From Lepidodermella squamata (taxonomy: Eukaryota; Animalia; Gastrotricha), in assembly GCA_047495785.1 (NCBI GenBank), contig JBLDXI010000029.1, positions 3,100,001 to 3,164,000 of the forward strand: a stretch of 64,000 nucleotides of DNA, written 5' to 3'. Both the position numbers and the translations under genes were made by a program. This document shows, piece after piece, positions 53,021 to 62,069 of this stretch. Numbering within the stretch: position 1 is the first letter of the stretch; each line of letters begins with the position of its first letter. The notes below the pieces were generated by a model that had not been told where the DNA came from, searched no databases, and worked only from the letters and a program-made list of their open reading frames with translations.

Positions 53021-54365
53021 AAGAAAGTTCGATTCTGTTCGATATTTCGATGGCTCAATCGGCCATGACTAACATTTACTATGAATTTATTTTTTCATAG
53101 TGAAAATGTACTGAAATTAGAACCTTAACAAGTATTACATGCGAGTCTGTTACTGTCGCCGACCTCGGGCATTGGTTGACACTCCGCACGCTGTTTTTCG
53201 CTCTCGACCCACCCTTTCTCCCTCATACGAGACAAAAAGGGAAACACTGAGGCCTCTCCAAGCTGCAATTGTGCTCAGCGTTACGCGGATAGAACTAGCA
53301 TCACATAGGAAGAGTCCTCTATAGCGATGAAGTTGGTCGTGTGTTTCCATTCCCGTGGGAGTGTTGAATTTGGCGAAAGATTAAGAATAAAACTTAGCCG
53401 TACAACCGTACGATCTATACAGAACTCGGTACTATACTGAAATTGTTCTTAGATGCACTTAATTCGCCTTTCCGTCTTTCCGAGCTTTCATATCAACCTA
53501 AAACAAATTAGGTGTTAAGGCTAGCAAAACTTCGAGCAGTGAAACTTCCTGTCATTCGATACGGTGTAGAGTGTGGGGTCTAGCGAAAATTAGCGCCAAC
53601 ATCTAATTTAAAATATGCTTTTACCTCTGATCTACACAGGGGTCGTAGAATTGGATGCGAAATTCCAAGCTAGATTAATCCTTTTTAACAGCACGATACA
53701 GTTTTTGCCACGCAGCTGTTCGATGTTGGTCAACAATCGGCAAAAGACAGGAAAGTATTTTCACGGCTTGTAGGCGTGAATTTTTCAGAATAAAAAGAAA
53801 TCGATTCCAATTAATTAAGAGATTGATAGAAGATTGGAAGAGCCACACTATGCTATTGAGTCAACAGATTAGGTTAATGATGCTGATGAGCCAATAAAGC
53901 TTGGCTTTTTTGCTGCCTTTATTGATATTGATATCCACGTACTATACTGAACTTGTTCTTAGATTCAAATCGTTAAATTGGGAGATGAATTGAAGAGCCA
54001 TGATGCTAATGAGTCTACAGATTCAGTAGCTATAAGGTATAGCGACCTTATTCCTCTTCTGTAGCCTAAATTCATAATCTTAACGTCTAAAGAAAGATCG
54101 ATTCTGTTCGATATTTCGATGGCTCAATCGGCCATGGCTATCATTTACTATGAATTCATTTTTTCATAGTAAAAATGTACTGAAATTAGAACCTTAACAA
54201 GTTTTACCAGCGAGTCTGTTACTGTCGCCGACCTCGGGCATCGGTTGACACTCCGCACGCTGTTTTTCGCTCTCGGCACACCCTCTCTCGCCTCATACGA
54301 GACAAACAGGGCTACACTGAGGCCTTTCCGAGCTGCAAATGTGCTCAGTGCTCAGCCTTACGCGG
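53021..54365 (+). repeat. Direct repeats 53021-53288 / 54089-54365, and about 52903-53020 / 53311-53423
   Basis: Near-identical blocks (gattctgttcgatatttcgatggctcaatcggccatg...gtgctcag). Confidence 0.85.
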
Positions 54366-55187
54366 TGAATCTATGGAAACTATGTTGGGAAATGCAAGAA
54401 AAGAGAAAACAATTTAAGAGGGCGAGAAAAGGAATTACTGTCTTGTCGATTGGAATTCATAGAAGTAGAAATATAGTATGTAATAGATTACCATTAACTG
54501 CCGCTAGTTTGCTTTGCAGTTTATTTAACATTGAAAGAGTTGTCTCGTCACTTGGGCATGCAGTGCCTGGTTTGTTTTCGAAAAAAGTCTTTAACAGTAG
54601 TCAGTATAGGATACGTATAGTATATATTATACTCTATTACTACTGATATTCTGGACTCTTGAGCTTCAGACCATTCTAGACCACTTGAACCGAGCAAGTC
54701 GAAATTTGAATTCCCAAGCAAAGGTTTTTAAGGAGTTCGTAGCGCATGAGAAGGTTTACGAAAAAGTATGATAGAAATACTATAACTAATGAAAAGTTGG
54801 GGATTGCTATGGGAAATAACATTTCGTTGAGAGACTGGGAACATTGGTATGGTATTTTAATAGCGAATACTTAGATTTAGAATAATCGACAATTTATGAT
54901 TCAAATTTGGGGAGACCTTCGCAATCTCAGGATGTGATGAGTCACCTTTCTCTTTCCCGTCGAGGATCCCTAACTTGGTTTAAATCTTCTCTGCCTTGTG
55001 AAGATTTCGGCTGATAATTCATTATAATTCAAATTGTGTGTTATTTTTCTGCTCGATACCTAACTTTATGTCTGTAATGAGAAGATATTTCAAATAAATG
55101 CGAAAAATATGTTGCCTATCAATCTTTTATTGACAAATGAATTAACGAAAATGAAAGCTTTAACTTCTCAATATTAAGCAGCTCTGT

Positions 55188-56117
55188 TCAATTACTGGAA
55201 TAACAAGCTTCCCAGCCTGAGATACCGTAAGCTGTTGTTGTGAGACTCCTCGAATCACCTGCCGTACTTCCAAGCGCGAGACAACATGATGAAAATGTTT
55301 CGAATTGATAGATACCACCTTTCACAGCCTAATTTCAAGAATTATTCACGAAAAATCAGGAAATCAAAAGTTTTACCAAACGAGTGTAAATCTGGGCTGA
55401 CTTGTTATTCATGGCCGTGTGAGGCCAGCGAATGCAGTAACCCTGTGCGGAATCGTAAGTTTCGCCTGTTATCGAATACGGCCGCGGTGAAGCCGCCCCG
55501 ACACAGGCGTAAACCGGGGAAAAGTCTTGCGGTATAGGTTCGAATCTGATATTTGAAGCGAACGATGTTGTAGAGGCGCAGCAAAGATCGAACGACGTGA
55601 AAGCTGGTGACAGCTGGCATTGAGCCAATTAGTTTCAAAGCCAAATGCGATCAATTTCAAGACTAACCGGAACTTTTGATCCGCCAGTTAAGACTTCGCA
55701 GCTAACATCAGGATTAGCTAGGCAGTATTTAACGACTTGCGTGAAATCAAAACCTCCTTGAGTGGGGATCTGGCAGAGATTAAACGACTTCTATATTGAA
55801 GTAAATAATCAGAAAAATTCATCGAAAATGCATTCGCCTCTCACCGGTACTTGGCATGTTTGACCCCCTGTACATGGATTAGCTGATGACAGGCAGCTTT
55901 TTGATGTATCCCGGCACGGATTCGTGGTTGGGACACAGCTTTTAGATTTGTCCATGCATAGATTATCCACGGATACGTACACCATGGTGCCGGGTGGTTG
56001 CGTGAATGGTACAAATGTCGAGGTATCTCTTCCAGTTGGGGCGCAAGCATTATTGCCTTTGACTAGTGATGACATTGCAGTAAGAACAAAGATTAACCAA
56101 GCTCGTAATTTCGCCAT
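55188..56117 (-). CDS. Cys/Thr-rich secreted protein, diverged family copy E; four exons
   Basis: Signal peptide MAKLRAWLIFVLTAMSSLVKG; motifs VKYC, SFDLCC, FEPIPQ, CVGAA, CIRWP, TFSSCCLALG and AYG. Same phase-0 intron positions as copies A and D. Confidence 0.82.
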
Positions 56118-56703
56118 TCCACATCTAAATTCTAGCAATTTAGCTGAAATTTGATCATTTTGTTACGGAAAGGGGTGAGAAAAATGTTGTTACGCATTAC
56201 GCAATCCATAGCAACGGTTGCTAGGTATTTCTCACGCAACCGGATTAGCATATGGTAACGCTATGGTAACGCGCCGGTGTATCATCTATCATATTTTCTG
56301 TTCATTTCAGTGAAATGAAGTAAAAATGGCCAAATTCAGTCTGAATAGCCAGGATGACAGATATAAAAGCTAGCATGTCAATAGTAATATTAACGCGATA
56401 GAATATGAAACAAGATAATGGCTACACTGCTTAAAAACGATGCTCACATGCCAATACTTGCATGTTAGGATGCTTTTGAAATGGTCAGTTACTTGAGAAT
56501 ACACTTTTTATCGCTACAAGCGACCAAGAAACGACACATAATTTAGCCTTTATTTTTAAACTTCGTTCTTACCCTTAATCTCAAGGTTCCTCATTGTTTG
56601 TGCAACTATTTGATGATTTGATTATCGATTATTTCTACGATTACATAGAAGGAACAATTTGCAATTGAAGTATTCTTGTTTTATTTGTCCAAATGTTGCA
56701 AGA

Positions 56704-57657
56704 TTAATGCAGGCTGCGATGTGCATACAATTTAGCTGCAACATCGAAAATCCACAGAACAAATTCAGCCCCGAGCAGGGCTAAACATTCTAGCTTGAAC
56801 TTGAAATTTCTCATCTCAGTAAAGTACAACAAAGCCAAGCTACAGAGAATCACTGAAAAATCGACCCCGTGAATAAGGACGTCCAGAATCGTTCCAACGT
56901 TATACAGCTTGTCCTTGGGCAACATCATTAGCGTGAAGAAAAAATGGCTCGAGAGAATGAAGATAGCTGGAATCAGTAAAATCGTTGTCACTGAATTCTT
57001 ATCTTTACTTACGCAGGTCAATGAATGTTCGCCGATTTCGTAAGCTAACAGCATTAGAATCACTGTCAACGTCAAACTGGCTCGAACAGCTTTCAAGCTC
57101 TGTTCGATACTTCTATAGCAGGAGAATTTCGATGGATTGATGAGTGAACTGGATCCGATTTCCAAGACTGAGGATTCAGCTGAAGGTTTGAATCGGAAAT
57201 TCGCCAATTGAACGATTTCAATGATGAAAAGAACGCCTGAGATCACAATAGCCGTGATAAGCAAAGGTTCCTTTCTACCAAAGTCGAAATTGGCCAGAGT
57301 GTAGTTTTCAGCGTAAAGTCCGGCAAGTAAAATCAAAGAGAAAACAATTTGTGTTCCAATGACGTTTGCAACTTTCCCAGCAGATTTATACGTCCATTTC
57401 AGGGCCATTACATAAGCGTAACCGGCATATGCCAGAATAGGGGCAAGTGTTGAAGCACTGGCCCACAGTAGGTGTAGCAAGACCTCGACATCTCTCGCAT
57501 TGCAGCCCTTCTTAAGTAATTCGAACATAACGAGGCTTACTAGAACGAAGTTTGAGTAGCTCAGGATGCATCGACCGGCGTTGAGGCAGACCGCGGCGAT
57601 CGAAAAGCGGTACCTTTTGTAGGAATAAGAGATGGTTTCTGAAAGAGGCTGGTCCAT
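56704..57657 (-). CDS. Intronless unrecognised ~8-TM membrane protein, paralogue 3
   Basis: 317-aa ORF with YKRYR...LNAGRCILS, IIEIVQ, HFFFTLMMLPKD and LWIFD. Confidence 0.78.
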   Translation of the reverse strand: MDQPLSETISYSYKRYRFSIAAVCLNAGRCILSYSNFVLVSLVMFELLKKGCNARDVEVLLHLLWASASTLAPILAYAGYAYVMALKWTYKSAGKVANVIGTQIVFSLILLAGLYAENYTLANFDFGRKEPLLITAIVISGVLFIIEIVQLANFRFKPSAESSVLEIGSSSLINPSKFSCYRSIEQSLKAVRASLTLTVILMLLAYEIGEHSLTCVSKDKNSVTTILLIPAIFILSSHFFFTLMMLPKDKLYNVGTILDVLIHGVDFSVILCSLALLYFTEMRNFKFKLECLALLGAEFVLWIFDVAAKLYAHRSLH

Positions 57658-58057
57658 TTTCTGAGCCTCGAAATGTGTTCCAACTCGCGAAATAGTATTT
57701 ACACTAGAGTGAGAGTTGCAAAGTTGAGATGTTGGAGTTATCTCTGTGAAATGTGTGCCATTTTTCGAATTTTATTACCTGTCTTTACTCAGCACAGATT
57801 CTACCATCTCGGGAGCTTGCGATGGGCCGCACTCTCACATAAAGTTACATATTCTGCTTTCCATCCAAATGGTTCCTTTGAATTGAGCATACCTTTACCG
57901 TACAAGACTTTCACAATGGAGAATGGAAGAAAAATGTAAAGAAATTTGTAAAGAATGTAACTTATTCGGAAATGTTTATGGCTAATAGCCAAAAAAGCTA
58001 AATAAGGCTACGGGAACGAGATTATTAGCAAGAGCATTTTGAGAAAAGCTATATATG

Positions 58058-58088
58058 TAACCCTAACCCCTAACCCATAACCCTAACC
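58058..58088. repeat. Short degenerate interstitial (TAACCC)n / TTAGGG telomere-like repeat
   Basis: taaccctaacccctaacccataaccctaacc. Confidence 0.6.
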
Positions 58089-59761
58089 ATGAAAGTTAAA
58101 TTTACCTGAACCTTACACTTTTTCCCTTCAATGACTTCAAATGCCTTGCAATGTATGTTCCAAATTCCAAATAGATCCGTCCTTCTTAGCCTGACCTCAA
58201 ATAAAGAGCGATCTCAAATATAAGACGGGGCTTTGACTCGGGTAGAAAAGAAGAACAGGCCCAACAATTCAGGCAGTACGATATATTTTATTCATAGCGT
58301 TATTCCACAGTTAGAGTATGCATTTTATTTCTTATTCGAATACATAGCGCAGCCTGTTTTTCCTACAAAGGTGGGATTTATTTTACGCAAATTTTTGTTA
58401 ATCAAGTCGCTGTTAATTCTTAAAAATAATGTTATCTCATCAAAATAGTTATCGGAAAAATAAAATAAGAGTAACGCGACCTTGACTAGCCGTTGCCATG
58501 GTAACGGGCGACGCCGCCGTAAAAATTTCTCGTTTTCGAGGTTCAACCAGCAACCCAAGGTCTGAACTCGGGTTTTGATGCATTTTAATGCCGATTTTTC
58601 TTTGCAGCAGTCGGAGATGTGCTTATTCTACCTGCTTGACACTTCAACCCAGGTTACTGAAGGTTCTAAAATGGAACTAGCAGGTTCCAGCGATGTATTA
58701 CAAACGTCCGATTTCGTGATTGCGGGTTACGAATTCTTCGATTTTCGATGCTTATAATTTTTCGTAAGTATTTAATTGCTCTTGGCTAATTTTCGATGAT
58801 TTATACCGCTGCAACCTTGAAATCGTCGCTGAAGCTATGAATTTAGCATGATGGGCGGCGGTTTTCCTATAATTTAACATTACCTCTATTTTTCTCTTAT
58901 GACCACAATTTTCATAAAATCGAAAACTTTGATAGCACATCTATTTAATAGTTTCGTGAGGTTATCAGTTACTTATTTTACGCTACGAATTCCTGCAACT
59001 ATTGGACGCGAAGTTGATGACTAAGTAAGTTTTCTGTCTTTATTGCAATAGACAGTCTACAAATAATAAATTAATTTAAATTATCACGTTCTTTCGAGCC
59101 AGAAATCTAAAACTTGATAATAAGATGTCTTTTAACTAAGCAAGTTGTCTACTAGTTAGAATAACCAAAAAATAATCATCAAAATGTCTTTTTTAAGAGG
59201 ATATTTCAAAGTAGAAAAAGTCTAGAAATTGGCGGCTTTTCAAGAAGAAAACATGATAGCGTGAATGAGCATCATCACTAGTACTAGTTAGTGATGTTTA
59301 TTCAAGAATTCCGAAACTTTGCCAAAAAATTCCGAAGTGAGGGTCGAGAGCTCGAAATTGAATTTTTTAGTGGAAAGCCAGAAAGCCAGAAAAGTCACTT
59401 TGAGCTCGCTAATCCCTCAGAGTGAATCACAGTAGAAGGAATTCCACGCTTCTGGCCTGTCCAGAAGCTTAGAACCCCTACTACTGTTAAGGTGGATATA
59501 GATGACCTGATAATCCGAATTAAATTAAATTGAAATTCAAGTGGCACAGCGTAAATGGGCGGACAAGGACCCAAGCCCTCCGCCCTAACGGATCATTTTT
59601 GGGGTTGAATCTGCCTGCTCTGATGATGATCCTGTGATCTGTCTCGAAATGGCGGTGTTTAGATCAATTTTTCTCTTTAAGCGAAAAATTCTGCTAAAGC
59701 AAAAGTTCTCTCAAAGCGATATTGCTCTTGAACCGAAAGTGGAACGACAGATTCATACATC

Positions 59762-60239
59762 TTATTTTATTGCAATGTAAAGAAGGGTCAAACAGAGTGA
59801 TAGCGCTGGTTTGATCATACTGCTACGAGGGCCGCCGTTCTTTTTGCTTGCCCAACTAGGACCGCAGTCCAAAGTTTCGGTGTTGCAAAAGTCAGCACAA
59901 CACTGGCAATAAGTTCCGGAACCATTCATTGTCAAATTAAGATAACTGACTCCCGAAGAGCAAGGCGGACTGTTCTTGTCAACGCAAGTGTATTGAACGA
60001 AGCCTGCGTTGCCTCCTTCGAACGAATAGGCCACTTTCTAATAAAGGGAAGATGAACAATTTCAAGCATGATGCAGCCATACATACCACACATTGAATGC
60101 AGCCGGTGGATGATCCTATCCCTGCCTGCTGCGTTCCTGTCAATGTTGAGTAGTAGCTCCCCTTAAAGTTTTGGAATCCCTGATAGCAGTTCAAAGCATG
60201 AATGATGGGCAACTGAGTGAGAATAAGAAATAACAGCAT
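59762..60239 (-). CDS. Ly6/uPAR/quiver-like three-finger protein, probably GPI-anchored; intron about 60038-60086
   Basis: Signal peptide followed by LNCYQG, C..C, terminal CCADFCN motif and a hydrophobic C-terminal tail. Confidence 0.78.
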
Positions 60240-60406
60240 TTTTGCAGTTGAACGTAGACTGATAATAAACAGATGGCATAACGCTGTGGCTTGATGCGTC
60301 GTTGCCTGGCTACAGTCTCCCAGTCGCTATGGGGAAAATCGATTTGCAGCTGCTCTCACCACGAACGCCGTCAGTGCGATAGCTTGGTACATTTATTGTC
60401 GTTGAC

Positions 60407-60981
60407 ATGATCCCATCGATTCTATATTTTCTAACATCTCTCAATGCGGTCTTTTGTAAGTTATTAACAGCATCAGTTTTTCTGCTGACAGAATCAGTTG
60501 CATAGGCTTGTCATGCTACTCATATAGCAGTGTCAGTCCCGGGAGCACACTCGGAATAGCAAAAAGCGAGTGCGATGCTTGCTGGGCTTTTCAAAGTGTT
60601 ACGACCGACTGTGACACCACATCAGCCACGAGAGTTGACCTTTTCATGCAATGTGCATGTCGAGCTGGATCCACTACCTGTACAGGTGTGAGACTCAAAC
60701 AAGATCAGTTTTGTGGATTCCAAAACTTGACGACAAATACGTGCTGGGGAGCTGTGAAGGAATGCGTTTGTTGCTCAAATAAATGCAATCATGAGGATTT
60801 CTGTATTCCACCAACCGATAAAAAGTTTTACCTTCTTACGACACCTCAAAGCGATACTACGTCACAGTCCAGTCGACGTAACAGCTCTAACGCTTTGAAA
60901 TTCAGATTCGTCGCCGCAATAATTCCAGCTATGATCCTGATCTCTCTTCATTCAAATTCAATTAAACAAATAATTTCCTGA
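60407..60981 (+). CDS. Ly6/uPAR/quiver-like three-finger protein, probably GPI-anchored; intron 60456-60505
   Basis: MIPSILYFLTSLNAVFC/LSCYSY, CDAC, CCSNKCN, Ser-rich linker and hydrophobic tail. Confidence 0.78.
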
Positions 60982-61029
60982 ATAGGTTTATTCTTGATAA
61001 AAGATTTCCGTCTCCATAAGCCTATTCAC

Positions 61030-61150
61030 AAAAGTTGAAAAAATAAAAAAGTTGAGACGCCAGTTGGAATCGAACCAGTTACTTTATTCGCACATGCAAC
61101 AACAAATTTGAAAAAATAAAAAACTTGTGACGCGAGATGGAGTCGAACCG
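61030..61150 (-). promoter_or_regulatory. Two ~73-bp-period repeats, each carrying a Pol III B-box and T-run on the minus strand
   Basis: GGAATCGAACC (61066-61076) and GGAGTCGAACC (61139-61149) are reverse complements of GGTTCGANTCC. Each is preceded by ttgaaaaaataaaaaa. Confidence 0.75.
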
Positions 61151-61191
61151 CATCCTTTATAAGCATTATAAGAAAGCGCATTTTTGTGTTA

Positions 61192-61515
61192 ACACCGTGG
61201 CGTAGTGGATAAAGTGTCTGCCCTAGCAGACAGGCCGTACCTAGGCCTTAAACGGGGAGTGATGCCGCTAACGTGTTTGCCCAGGCGGTTAAACTGAGCA
61301 ACGTCCTGGTACCGACGTAAAAAGGTCCCGTCCAAAGACGTAAAACTAAAACGACCTTGGTAGCGTCGAAAAACCTATCACGACATTTGTGAGGTCGTTA
61401 AAACTTCTATGTTAGGGAGATGAGCAACCAGTTCTCCACTGCGGTGAAAACTGCATGTTTTAAACTGGAAGGAAAGTCGTAGAAGACCTTCAGGCATCAC
61501 GGGGCGGAGACTTTT
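61192..61515 (+). ncRNA. Candidate structured ncRNA with tandem pseudoknot-like modules, possibly Pol III-transcribed
   Basis: A-box TGGCGTAGTGG (61198-61208), TATA-like tttataa/ttataa upstream, enclosing stem GTGATGCC/GGCATCAC, about 8 interleaved stem modules with TAAAC/AAAAC linkers, and T-runs at 61512-61515 and 61526-61530. Confidence 0.55.
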
Positions 61516-61576
61516 GCTTTCGCAATTTTTACTTACAGCATTATATAAAGTAATAAAAAGTATATAGGTTGGGCCT

Positions 61577-61658
61577 CGTCCCGTAGCTCAGTGGTTCACG
61601 CACTGGGCTTTCCGTTTTGAGGGTCGGGTTCGAGTCCACACTGAAACAGAGAATTTTT
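61577..61658 (+). ncRNA. tRNA-like Pol III gene (not a canonical tRNA)
   Basis: A-box TAGCTCAGTGG (61584-61594), B-box GGTTCGAGTCC (61627-61637), T5 at 61654-61658 and TATA-like sequence upstream. No acceptor-stem pairing. Confidence 0.6.
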
Positions 61659-61750
61659 CTTTCTTTTCTTCTCTTTCTTCTTCTTTCTCTTTCTCTTTCT
61701 TCTTCTTCTTTCTCTTTCTCTTTCTTCTTCTTTCTCTTCTTTTCTTTCTT
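61655..61750 (+). repeat. Polypyrimidine (CT/CTT) low-complexity tract
   Basis: About 95 nt consisting only of C and T. Confidence 0.9.
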
Positions 61751-61754
61751 TAGA

Positions 61755-62042
61755 TTAAAACTTTTGCTTTTTCATTATCCAACTTCCACGATCCGTACTT
61801 TCAATAATATGACTGCTCAGAAGCGAATTAGATTGTCGAATTTCGCCCACTTCACGAGAATTCAAACAGTAAAAGTCATTTATGATATTCAGTAATATAT
61901 TATTCTCCTCGGTGAAATCGAACACCCAGCCGTAGCAATTATCCATGTACATATCCAATTTCGATAAATAGAACTGAAGGCTTTTGAGTTCCTGAGGGCT
62001 TTTGGGGTACTTGATCATTTGCTCCATTTCAGCTATTTTCAC
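61755..62042 (-). CDS. Small hypothetical ORF downstream of PolB
   Basis: About 90-95 aa, co-oriented with PolB and starting 27 nt after its stop. No recognisable motif. Confidence 0.4.
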   Translation of the reverse strand: MKIAEMEQMIKYPKSPQELKSLQFYLSKLDMYMDNCYGWVFDFTEENNILLNIINDFYCLNSREVGEIRQSNSLLSSHIIESTDRGSWIMKKQKF

Positions 62043-62069
62043 CTTATCTTATAAGCCTCACTGCTTTAA

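Noticed and set aside
61230-61500. CRISPR-like array suggested by the recurring GTAAAAC/GTTAAAC motif
   Set aside because: There are no identical fixed-length repeats with regular spacers and no cas genes, and the context is eukaryotic. Conservation is structural rather than sequence-level.
61577-61650. Canonical tRNA-Gly/Glu gene
   Set aside because: Acceptor and anticodon stems do not pair; kept only as tRNA-like.
61655-61754. Lys/Arg/Glu-rich extension of the small Polinton ORF through its stop codon
   Set aside because: A purine-only strand always encodes K/R/E and lacks stops, so this is not evidence of coding.
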